From Dimorphilus gyrociliatus (Eukaryota > Animalia > Annelida), in assembly GCA_904063045.1 (NCBI GenBank), contig CAJFCJ010000006.1, positions 5,038,408 to 5,102,407 of the forward strand: 64,000 nucleotides of DNA, given 5' to 3'. Both the position numbers and the translations under genes were made by a program. This document shows, in pieces, positions 27,693-39,469 of the stretch (positions are counted from its first letter, which is position 1; the number at the start of each line of letters is the position of its first letter). A model generated the notes under the pieces. It was not told the DNA's origin and did not search any database. It saw only the letters and a program-made list of their open reading frames with translations.

Positions 27693-28846
27693 ATGAAATA
27701 TTCAAATATTTCAAATACTATCTTATTACTATTTATAATGTTTATTCAATCTTTTACAAACGAAATTACGGGATCAATCTGCTATGAAGATAGCCATTGC
27801 GGATCAAATTTTCTTTGTGATAGAAATGGCACGAAGAGCGACGAAATGTGCGATTTGGGAATATGTCTATGCCCTTTAGGTTATTATGAGAATGACTTTC
27901 AATGTCAGCCATGTGAGCAGTTCTAGAACGTTATTATTCCCATCTCCTAAAGATTACATTTCAAAATTTTTAGATAAAACTCTTAATCAATTTTGCGGAG
28001 AGGGGAGAAGATGCAATCCAAAACATAACCTTCATTGTCGAAACTTTACCTGCCTATGCAAAGATGATAGATATAAGGAGGATGGTAAAAGGTGCATCCT
28101 TAAGAATCCAATTCAGTTAGGGGGAAATTGTACATCAACATATGCTACGTGCAGTAATGGAGGTGCAGAATGCGAATCGGATATATGTAAATGTAAAAGA
28201 CATTACGTTCAACCCAAAAATGAGACCATTTGTCGCCATGGTTAATTATTCAATTTTTTAATTTTTGGTTCTTCAAATTGATAAATGATCTTATAAAGAA
28301 TAATAATTTAAAGCTAGAATAGACGAATATTGTAGAAGAACGATGCAATGCGAAGGTCCTCTAATATGTAATGAAAATAATACATGTTCGTGCAAGCCAG
28401 GAGAAACTTATTCAACAGAGATATTCCCTTTAGGCGTTACTAAATCCTTTTGTAAGAAGAGTAAGTTCTCCCAAAAAATAGCTCCCATAGTACAATTATG
28501 TAAGATTTCAATCACTCTGCTTTCATTTATACTGTATATATGTAATGAATGCGGAAATTTTATATAGATATCTACATTTCTTACAGAGACCATTTACGAA
28601 ACTATAGCAAAAGGAGAAAACTCTTTCTGTGGTTCTGTAGATTATAGAAGAACAGATGGAATACTTATCGTAAAAATATCCTGTCCAAAGAATTTTATAT
28701 GTACAGGTTGTCTTAACTTGAAAGGTAAAAGGGAATTTATCTGCAAAAGAAGAACAAAAAGCATTGTATCGAATAGAGTTGGGGGCATATTTATTGATTA
28801 TAAATTATTTATAGTCATCTTAATTTACAATCAATATATAAAATGA
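27693..28846 (+). CDS. Cys-rich EB-like surface protein, outlier family member (CRP0)
   Basis: Same four-exon, all-phase-1 layout as the 42-61 kb array: signal peptide, 7-Cys module, two 6-Cys modules joined by NPIQLGGNC, one 6-Cys module, TIAKGENSFCG 5-Cys module, and a weakly hydrophobic tail. Confidence 0.85.
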
Positions 28847-29399
28847 ATATAAAAGATTTTGTAGTGTTGTTGATAGAGAATTGTTGTAGTATAGAATATA
28901 AAGAATAATAAGATAAACTACCTATGTTTTTTATTATAAACTCGATAAAAATCTCTTGTATAAAGGTTGTATGCGTTAAATGACCAAAAGGGAATCGTTT
29001 CCAAATAGTATTTTCAGGCTATTGTCAAAAATAGCTCTGTTTAGAAAAGGTAAATTTGTTTTCGATAGACGAATATAGATTAAACACTGATAATTTATGT
29101 ATAAGCATGAACGGTTGAAAGTCAAAATTCCCCATAATTCCTTCTTTATCGTTATACTATTGAAAAAGAGAGATAAGTATCTTCAAGAGAATAAAATTCT
29201 TTTTATTAAAGATATTTCAAATGAAAACAGTTACGATAATGACAAAACATGACCTAATAAATTTTTTTTCACCGGAAGTGATAAGTGTTTTCTTTTTAAT
29301 ATTAAATTATTTCTTTTTTTATGTATTGAATAGATATTTTTTCTTTGTTTTTAAAATGAATAAACATTAAAACATAACAAAGAAAGGAAATGTGACTAT

Positions 29400-29402
<3 letters not shown>

Positions 29403-29432
<30 letters not shown>
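29403..29432. repeat. (AG)15 microsatellite
   Basis: Perfect run just downstream of the PINCH stop codon. Confidence 0.95.
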
Positions 29433-29438
<6 letters not shown>

Positions 29439-29540
29439 TAAATTTTGTAATTTTATTTGTTTTCAAGCTAAAAACTTTGAAAATAAAAGAATGTTTTCAA
29501 AGGCTAAAGATTTGTGACAAAGAAATAAAGATAAAACTTC

Positions 29541-32231
29541 CTATTTTTCTTCAATTTTCATACTCTCGAAGGCGTTTCTTAATCGTTTCCTCAATTCATT
29601 AGGTAGATTATTAAAACATCCTTTACAGACTGGTTTCATATCAAATTCATAAAATTTACTCCTGTTGTATAAAGAAATTAAATCTTATTGACTTCTTTGT
29701 TAATTTAAATATGCAAACTTACTTAAGACCCATGGCTTTTTCGCATATTGAACAAGTAAAGTGTTCAACGCAGTAGTTTTTATTTAAAGCAGTAAAAACT
29801 GTAAAAAGTTGAAGAGAGAGATAATTAAAACATTTTTAAAATAGTTCTACTTCATACCTTCATTTGCGTTAATTACTTGATTACAATGAAAGCAAATGTT
29901 GCCAAATAATTGATGAAAATGTAATTCACAATAAGCTAGACCTTTTTTCTCAAAATACGGATGACCAAGAAAAGGTTTTTCGCATTTGGCGCATGCAAAA
30001 TGCTATAAAACATAAAAAAAACAAAAAAAGTTGATTTATGCCTAAAGAGAATGATATTGATAAAAAGAATAATATAAATAATTTCACCTCTATATGCCAA
30101 GTTTTACCTAATGCAAAAACGACTCTTTCTTCTATCGGTCGCCTTTAAATAACAAAGAGAGTGAATGGAAAAAGCATTCTTAGGTTATAAAAGGAAATAA
30201 TAAGGATTGAATAAATCTCCTACCGGCAAGCGCCACAAATAGAAACGCCCATTTTATCAAAGCAACGTAAACAAAATAATTCACCGTCCTTTTCACGAGC
30301 ATTAGAGCTTAATTCTTCACTATAAACAGTCTAGAATAATATTTGTTCAGTATATTTAATTATACTATGTACCTGCAATTAAAGCAACTAAAATGATAAC
30401 AATGGTAGGATTCCCCTTTATATTTAATATGTCCTTCGTCAATAACCGAACTAGTTTAATAAATAAAATATATTAATTATTCAATTAGAGTCAATTATCT
30501 ATTAGCTAACTTGCATCTACTGCAGATATATCTTCCTAACATTTCATCTTTTTCCTTAGCTTGGCATTTGGCGCACAAAGCCCTTAGATTATTAAAAATT
30601 AAATATTATTTCTTATCAAACTTATCTTAATAAGATATTAATTTTATATATTTTTGACTTACTTTCCATTAAACCACTTAAAAGAGTCGGTTAAATCTGC
30701 TGTACATTTTTCACACTTAAAGCAAGCTGGATGCCATGTTTTGCCGATTGCTCTAACCATACGTCCAGTTATAAAACTCTCTGTAATAAATCGTAACAAA
30801 GAAACATATATACTTTATATATATATATATATATGTTATTATTATTATAAACAACTATTACTTACTGCAACTATCGCATGTTGGTGCGAATAAAAAATTG
30901 AAATCATCTACACAATACTTTCTTCCTTCAAATTCATAGAATTCATTACTTTGCAATTGTTGGAAACAATGGGCACAGCTGTTTTTTTTGATATTTTGGT
31001 TGTTTTTTAAGAAGAGGAATAAAAAAAATATACAATTAGTAACAATGATTTTTGATTTCTCCGAAAGAGTAAGATACATATAGAAGGATAGAAAATGTAG
31101 GATTTATAAATAGATAGATAGATAGATAGATAGATTGAGAAAAATATAAGCCAGGTGCAAAATAAAATAAGGGATAAGGCTAAGAGATAAGGTAAAAATA
31201 CTGGAGTAGTTAAGTGTGTTTAATTATGTTAATTATTAATTGGAATAATTAATAAAAGAGAAATAAATGATTAAGGTACAAAAATTAAGGATAGGAATCG
31301 AACTCCGTAAGTGTTAATTGGAATATTTATAGTGTTTTAATAATTATATAACGGAGAACTCACACAAAACATCTAGTATGCCAAACTCGGCCATTGTAAT
31401 TAGCCAGTGCATCATCCTTTGTGGTTGGTTCTTGACAATGATTGCAATAGATGTCCGAATCGAGAAAAGAAGCTGGGGCATTCTGATGCGCGCTAAATAT
31501 TCATAGGCACATGCATATATATACAGTATATATCTTTATGTATATACACATATATATATATAAATTAATTTTAATAGACTTCAAGATAAATGATTACGTA
31601 ATTCTCATTAATTCAATAACATTATATATATATATATAAAAGAATAAAGCGGAGAAGAGAAGAAAATAAGGTTTTTTTCTGTTTTTAGTATAAAAATAAA
31701 AGAAAAGGAAAAAAAAACCACAGTAACTTTCTAAGATGATGAACTTACACAAAACATTCCTGGTGCCAAAGATATCCTTCCGCTTTTACAATCTCTTCCG
31801 CTTCGGTGAATGGATCTTTACATTTTACGCAGAATCTATCCATCAGATTTTCTCTGTTTTTCATATAAAAGCGTGTGATGAATTAAGCTTTTCTATAATT
31901 AGTATAATTCGTAGCATACGCTATTAATTAATGATAAGAATATAGAATGTTCTATATTAAAGCTAACTTAGGTAAATTGTGAATAAATAAGCTTAAAATG
32001 ATAAAAGATTAAGGAGAGTAGAGAATGAGAGTTTTCCAAGATAGAAACGGAAGCAGAGAGTATAATGTAATACATAGGAATTCAATGATGTATTGCTCAA
32101 TTATTAGTTTACCTCTTTCGCCGCCTATATAAATCACTAGTATTATCCTGGTCCAAATTTTGCAAGGCAAACCGATGGCGGGCGGGTTGCTGCAAACTAC
32201 GCAGACCGCGATTTGGGCCTCTATCCTGCAT
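29541..32231 (-). CDS. LIMS1: PINCH (LIM and senescent cell antigen-like, five LIM domains)
   Basis: [91 protein letters not shown], and [13 protein letters not shown]...LP.ELRKRL. First coding exon 32231-32113 (MQDR..ALQNL..DLYRRRK). Confidence 0.96.
31110..31135. repeat. (TAGA)n tetranucleotide repeat in a PINCH intron
   Basis: Tandem TAGA units. Confidence 0.85.
31364..31492 (-). other. PINCH alternative exon B (second copy of the first zinc finger of LIM1)
   Basis: 129 nt, phase 2-2, TAG acceptor and GTGAGT donor. Encodes [43 protein letters not shown]. Confidence 0.85.
31749..31853 (-). other. PINCH alternative exon A (first zinc finger of LIM1)
   Basis: 105 nt, phase 2-2, CAG acceptor and GTAAGT donor. 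Encodes [35 protein letters not shown]. Confidence 0.9.
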
Positions 32232-34078
32232 ATAGTATTTAGTACACGCCTTTTCGTATAAACTAGACAAAAATTTTCCACCACTGTATCCTGTGTCACG
32301 GTCGGTTTTTACACAATCGCTCTTTTTTATTATCTAAATTGCTTATTCTGTATGTATCGATAGCTGGCCTGCAGCATATCAATTAAATTGGCTAGAAAAA
32401 GCCATTTTTTGTACTTTGCTCCATTATATCACATGTCTTAAAAATCATTGTTCAGTTTGTTGGCTGACTTTAAACATAAAGGAGAAAATGATCAGCCTTT
32501 ATTTTTTAAACATTCTTCAATGGCCTATCTATTAAGCTTACGAATTTGATCATCTACTACATCGTAAGGCCAACTCGTAGTAAACTCTTGGGTTTTTTTA
32601 TCAATTGAACACTCGAATATCGTTGATCGATGAATGAATTAACAGAATATATATTTTACTTACCTAATTTGATAAATCCACCGTTTGTAAGGGATTTAAC
32701 AGCGTGATTCGGGTGGAAAATACTTTCTAATTAGGATTTACTCGGACGTCCATACAGTGAAAGCTGTGCAATGACTAGAAGCGCCATCTATTTTATTATA
32801 TAATCCCCACTGTTTGTATAACAAGATACAGTGAAAAAAGGGTTATACAATTTTACAAAATGTAAATAAAGTAAGTTTATAGAAGATTACAAAGATCTTT
32901 TTACTGCTTCATATAGAATAAATATTGTATAATAATTACATTTTTACTCTCGCTTGGGGCGCTTATAGCACATTTTTATTAAGGCTATCTTTGGCTCATT
33001 CAGCGAATTGCATCTTTATAAATATAAAAACCGCCAAAAATTCTTCTTTAAATAGTTTAATTAATAATTATTCATTATATACTTATAGTTTAAATAGACT
33101 AGAAACAAATCCATAAATAAATAATCTTTTTATTGATAGAAAAAGGCCATCTTTTAAAAACATAACATAACCGAGAAAGTAAATCAATCTCTTATTTTTT
33201 ATATTTTCTTAAGGTTTTTATCATACTTTTACGTTTTTTTATAAGAAATTGCCAATAAACTTTATCTTATTATAGGAGAAGGAATACCTTACATATTAAT
33301 TTATTATAAAAATGTCCTATTAATATCGTTAAGATAAACTATATGAGCAGTTAAATTTTGATACTGATTGTATCCTATTTTCGTTCGCTACAATAAATTC
33401 GTATATAGGCGTTTAAAAAGTTAACAATATGACTTTTTCAAGTACTTCTTTAGCCTAACATAGATAATTTACTGATTACTACTCTTAACCTGGATTATTA
33501 CTATCTTGTAAATTACTTTTTAAGCTATAACTACTGGATTAATCCTTATCTATATTTTCCTATGTATCATATTATCTTAAGAAATAAAACGAATATTCGT
33601 TAACGAATTACCTTTTTAATTAACATATATCACAATATTTTGAAATATTTATAAACTAAAAAGAATAACTAATTTTCTATTTAGGTCGGTATAGCCAAAG
33701 AAAAAGAAACAAGAATTTAGCAAGTCCCATAGGCGATTGTTTACTTTTAAACGCCCACATAAATCATGCTTACAGAGCTTTTAATTGGTCTTCTGTTTTG
33801 TATCAAATGTTAAAAAAATAGAATTTACCTAGATTGTTTTATAAATTAACCTTCCATTTATTTTATTTACATGTACTACTAGAATACTTTTATAAATTTC
33901 CTGGTAAGCCTAATCAATAATATCTATCTTAAGCACCACCCCTTTACCTCCCTTATTTTTTCTCTGTCATTAGAAAGATAGCAAAGCGCCTTTTCAAAGG
34001 CAATAAATAATAATGAATATTGTAATAGATAAATTAATTGGTATAATTCAATATATGGATGGGAAAATTCTGTTTGAT

Positions 34079-35001
34079 TCAATAGTTCACAGTCTCTAAT
34101 AATTCATTCATGTTCGTTTCTTCTTCTTTTAGATATTCTTCGTCAAATTCTCTTTCACAAAAACCTCCACATGAACATTCGTAATTGCCTGTGTCAATAC
34201 TTAGATAACTGGCATATTCGTCACCATAATAGACAAGAAATTCTTGTCCTGGTAAAACATCTTTTATAGTTCTATAGTAAACTCTTCCATTACAGTATGA
34301 AAATTCAACATTTTGCTCTATACAATCTCTTGCACAATTAATATATCGTAACCAATTAGATTGAGCTATATTCTGACCATCTACATAGTATACAACATAT
34401 CCCTTTGATGTTATCTGTAAAATATAAATGAATAAATTATATATTATGATATAAATTTATAGCTATTTTATATCGATAGGAATTGTATATAAGTATATAG
34501 TAACCATCCATGCATAATCATAATCGTGATCTTCCTTATCTATATCAACGTAGTAGCCCTCGTATTCGGCAAGCCAAGTATTACGAGGCATAAAAGTTTT
34601 AGAGAATGCTCCATATCCAGCATTAGGTATTGTTGAATTTTTTATCTCAATTAATCTAGGATTGGCAGTAAGATGTGCTCTATTCGTTATATTCCATGGA
34701 ACCTATTATTATTAAATTATCATTTCATAGTTTTAAAATTAATTATAAATATCCTAATAGATTACAAATTGTGAATAAGCAAATAAATCCGAATCGACTA
34801 GATTAGGACAATCTAACTCTTCGTGAGAAGCGTCGAAACCTTGTAGGCGAATTTCTTTACGAAATTGAGGAACTTTTTTTTATAAAAAAAATAGAATAAA
34901 GTTAAAATAATAATTATTTATTATTAATAAGGAAAATTTCATAAATAGTCAAACTGCAATTGGTTAAAACTTACTTGGTTCTATTGGAGAGTGAAATGGA
35001 A
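34079..35001 (-). CDS. PRDM7/9-like PR/SET-domain protein without a C2H2 array (5' end unresolved)
   Basis: Hand-spliced exons give NRAHLTANPRLIEIKNSTIPNAGYGAFSKTFMPRNTWLAEYEG..YDYAWM|ITSKGYVVYYVDGQNIAQSNWLRYINCARDCIEQNV..GRVYYRTIKDVLPGQEFLVYYGDEYASYLSI, stopping at 34079. Missing from the ORF track because the exons lack an in-frame start near their 5' ends. Confidence 0.88.
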
Positions 35002-35159
35002 CTGTAAAAAAATAACAAAAAAACAATATTTATTGTATGGAATTGTTTCATCAGATACTCTCTTTCTCTCTTTTTCTAATACCGATTATTGAATATCATT
35101 TGAGAGAAAACACGATAAAACTTTTGAAAGATAAGACGATACACTAATGAAAAATATAT

Positions 35160-35620
35160 ATACTGTGTATACAGATAGGACTTTAGAAAATTGTCCCTGG
35201 GCGTTTCCCTAAGCCAAAAAAATAGCCTAGAAGACCTAACAAAGTAGATAAGTCACACAAATTTCGTGGCGATCATCTATCTATGTATTTCTGATTTTTA
35301 ACTCTCAACTCACCTTTTTTCGGCTCTGCTAAGACTAGAAATATAGCTTGAACATAAATTAGTTTCATCTTGAGGTTACATTGAGTTCAAACTCAATAAT
35401 CCTCTGCGATAAAAACCTATTATTCTACTGGTGAATGTGGAGGCCTACATCGATTTTTTTTGCATACATTATAAAAACTGTCATATCAATATTTCTACCC
35501 TCAGAGTTCTTGAATACTACGACTTAAACAAATTCTATATTCTCAATTCTCAGCCTATTTTACAATACGTCCCACGCATTTTAATCGAAATATTAATCAA
35601 TTCATGGGGTTCTTTATTCT
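35160..35620 (-). mobile_element. Decayed Tc1/mariner DDE C-terminal relic
   Basis: Minus-strand frame reads P*ID*YFD*NAWDVL*NRLR, resembling SPDLNPIEN.W..LK..L; a TA/CAG-like boundary lies near 35160. Heavily degraded. Confidence 0.4.
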
Positions 35621-35662
35621 ATTAAAAAAAAAAGAAGCAGTATCAATTATATTATTTCATTC

Positions 35663-38600
35663 TTAATAGTTTTCAAAATCAAGAATGCTTCCATATCGTA
35701 CGAATTGATTATTATGATATTGACCGGTAAAAACTGATTTTAATTCGTAATTTGTTGGTGTATTATCGACAAGCCATTGTCTTATATTTCCGTATTCTTC
35801 AGCTACCCAGTTTTGATTATCATTCAAAATATCCCATAGATAGTCAAAATTTTCGGGTCTTTCTGATAATATTCTTTTAATCTATTTTTTTTTAAATTAT
35901 GCAATAATTAATATTCCTAAATGGAAAATATGAAATAGTTCTTACTTCGTTGGCTTTTGATTCTTGAAATGTTTGTTCACATAGTTTCACTAAGGTGAGT
36001 GAGATTTGACCTTGTGGACTGTTTAGAATAGTTAAAGAAATTACAACCAAATTAGAAATAACTTTTAAACAAAATATTTACTAATCTCCAATCCAAAAGT
36101 CATTCAATCTCGGGATAAGAGTTGCTCTTCCCCTTTCATTGTCAAGTAGATTAAACATTCTTGCAACTCTTCCGGCATCATCATAATAAGTAGTTGAATT
36201 CAATAGTAATCGATCTAAGTATCTGTTTTTTATTTCGAATAAATTTCCTTATCTTTTGTGCATTCAGGAAAGAAAAATTCAATTTTACGTACTCGTTAAC
36301 AAGGCTCACTGAAGAGACGCAAGCTAATGAACGGAATAAGGCGTCGCCTTCGGGAAGAGAATTTGTTTCTTCAAGTAGTTCCTCGATGAAAAAAAAGTTT
36401 TCACGTGTATTATCACCATATGATAACGACGTACAATAAGCGTTAAGTCTTTGGTCTGCGGGTATTCTAATTTGAATAAAAGTACGATTTATGAGAATAG
36501 TTTTTCTTAGAATGTTATCTTAGATAGCTTACGGATTATTATCCTTATCTCCCCTGTATTGATTGACTAGCTCTAAAGCTCTGTCAATACATTGTTGATT
36601 TCCAAATCCACAGGCTAGTCCACTAACAACCTCTCTCGTTAATTTAGTCAATTCTGCTTCGCCAACAACAGGTTCAAAGTTAACTTTGCCATACATATTA
36701 TCTACTAAGTATCTTGTATAGTCCCTAAGGGCTGTATCGTTTGAAATATCAACGATGTTACTATAAAATTCCTGAAAAGATTGTGAAAAAATATTCCAAG
36801 GTCCAGCTGTTTCTTCATTTCTTAAGAATTTTGTAAATCTTAAAGCTTCTACTTCTTTTATTTCTGATTTATCAAATCGAAGAAGATTATCGTCCATAAT
36901 TATTAATCTTTGATTGTCATCCACTTTAGAGATATCATTTTCTAATGTTCTTAGCAAATCATCTTCTCCGGCTTTGTCGTATAGAGTTCTATAATAACCA
37001 CTACCTCTTGAATTAATACCATACCAATTGCCAAGGTTATTTGGAGTGAAATCATCATTTCTTTGTCTAAGGGTAAATTGGACGTTATTATTTCCTGGAG
37101 CTTCGCCCTCAGTGACAACTGTAACGGGTACTGGCCACAAGTAGTTATCATCTCCGGAAAAGTCCGGATAACGATTTTGAGTTAAATCAAGGTTATTTGA
37201 TTTACGTTCAACTTGGATTCTTGAAATACCTCGCTGATTAACCCAAGGATTAAAATTTTCAGTCACATTAAAGTTTGAGACGCCAGATTCTTCCAATTCA
37301 TCTTGAATACAATCCCATAAATCTTGAGTAACAACACTCTTAAAGGCAAACTTCTTTAAATATCTCTACAAAAAATATTGATAAAAAATGATAAAAGATA
37401 AATAAATTCGATTTTCTTACTCTGATGGATCTTTGGAAGATTGGTTTACCAATCCATTGTTGGAACATTCGTAATAGAGCTCCTCCTTTAGAATAGGTGA
37501 ATCTTGAGAAGGCAGATGGTGCTTGAGAAGGAAGTTGAACATCAGGTCTGTAGACAGGTAGTGCACTTTCTAATTCGTCCATTCCTTTTATGGAGTTGAC
37601 AGCCCGTATATGTTGCATCATACCCTGATGGGATATAAATTTTTTCCCTTAAAAAAAGAAATGCTGTGGCAAGTTGTAGTTACGTGATTCCAATTTAACA
37701 CATCTCCCAAGGGTTCCCATTGGAAGAACGCTGCGAATCCCTCATTCAACCAAGTATCACTCCACCATTCGCAAGTTATCAAGTTACCAAACCAGAAATG
37801 GGCGACTTCGTGAGCAATAAGAGAGGCTGCTCTCATTTTAAAAGATACAGGTTCATTTTCTGGATCGAAAAGAAGAGCGTTTTCGTCGTAGAGAATGAGT
37901 CCCCAATTTTCCATAGCGCCACCCTTATTTGGTAATCCAACATGATCTTATCGTAAAACGGAAGATTATAAAAAAAAGAAAACACAACACTTTATGTTGC
38001 ATTTAATCTATTTTACCTGTTTTGGAAGTTTGGTGTTCATAATCAGTCCAATCTTCGAACCAGTCTTGAATTTTGCCAGCAACAGATACAGTAAAGTTCA
38101 CTTTGTGAATATAACTTCTTTGAACCCATACTCTGATCTGGAAATATTTTTTGTATTTATAATCAATTTTTATCCCAATGAAAAGAATTATTCAACATAC
38201 TCTTCTTCCTTTATCAGAATTGAATTCAACATGTTCAAAGTCGCTTATTACAAATGCAACCAGATAACAAGACATATAAGGTGTTCGCTCAAAGATATCT
38301 CTTTTCCATCCATCTTCTAAATCAATCGTTTGAACTAAATCGCCATTTGATAAACTCGTTCGACTCTCTCTTCGTTCAAGTTCAATGTTGAAATTAGCTT
38401 TGAATTCAGGTTCATCAAAGCACGGAAAGGCTGTTCTTGTAGCGTCTCTTTGAAACTGTGTAGCTACCAAATGTCTTCTTTCTCCATTTTCCGTATAGTA
38501 ATCAACATATATACCAGATCCTCCCATAACCTGAATTATATTTATATTGTTAAGTTTATTAAACAAATAAGATATATATCTGATCTTGGAAATGTACCGG

Positions 38601-39074
38601 CATATCTCCTTTAAATATTAATAGCATTCTATATTTGGCGTTTTGTACCAAATCGCCATTTAGTAAAATTTCGAAGACCTCTTCAGTATCTTTAACAATC
38701 AATTCCTGTAATCTGGGAACATTTGCTGGAATACTATCAGGAGCCAAAGTCAAAAAAAAATTTTCTGGAGTTAAACCCCTTTGATTGACAACGATTTTAT
38801 TAGTTGTTTGAACAACATCAAAGTCGATTAGAACGGATCCACTAAAAGTGAAATCAGTTTGAGAAGAATAAATATCAGGTCTCAATCTAACTGTATAGTT
38901 ATAAGGTCTTAGATTTTTTGGTAGTCTTATGGCATCTCTGGCCAAAGTTATTTCAACAAGACAGCATACTAAAACAAAAGGATAGATGAGACTTTTAGAT
39001 AGCTAATACTCAATAAATTGTCTGTATATACCTGCTATTAATGCAGTTATCGAGAATAGTCGATCGGCAATCAT
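35663..39074 (-). CDS. M1 family aminopeptidase N-like metallopeptidase, multi-exon
   Basis: RLPKNLRPYNY, ATQFQRDATRTAFPCFDEPEFKANF, TPYMSCYLVAFVISDF, GGAMENWGL, HEVAHFWFGNLITCEWWSDTWLNEGFA (HEXXH-x18-E) and TYSKGGALLRM. First exon 39074-39032 followed by a 63-nt intron gives the signal peptide MIADRLFSITALIAVCCLVEITLA. Confidence 0.93.
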
Positions 39075-39469
39075 CGGCTAACTGTTTTTAAAATTATTTA
39101 AATAACTACAGAAGTAAAAAATATAAACACAGGAGCCGATATATATACACAGTCATATCCTGTAAAACTGTCCATATGTCATCTCTATAACTGTGTGGGA
39201 AATGACAGAGGCTCTGTTTTACAGAATTGAGGAAGATTTTTAAAACTTATTATGACAAAATAGAAAGTACATACTTTACGAATGAAAAATATACACTTCC
39301 CAATGTATAGCTTTAACTTAACATTTAAGCTAGGTATTCGTTTTATTAAGTATTTTATTTAACCAAAGACATGAAAAGAAACAATTGAAGATTGGTGTTT
39401 TTTTTGCAAAGTCATTCTTCTTAAACACAAGGTGAAATGTTCAATTTCCAATTTTTATTTTTATATATT

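Noticed and set aside
32300-33800. Short open frames between PINCH and the PR/SET gene, including possible zinc-finger exons
   Set aside because: No C2H2 pattern and no consistent splice chain. A donor near 32672 may belong to a PINCH 5' UTR exon.
34975-35051. Signal-peptide-like MKQFHTINIVFLLFFYSSISLS start for the PR/SET gene (would imply a secreted SET protein)
   Set aside because: Its donor is phase 2 but the next open exon needs phase 1. The hydrophobic stretch is the polypyrimidine tract of a strong acceptor at 35002.
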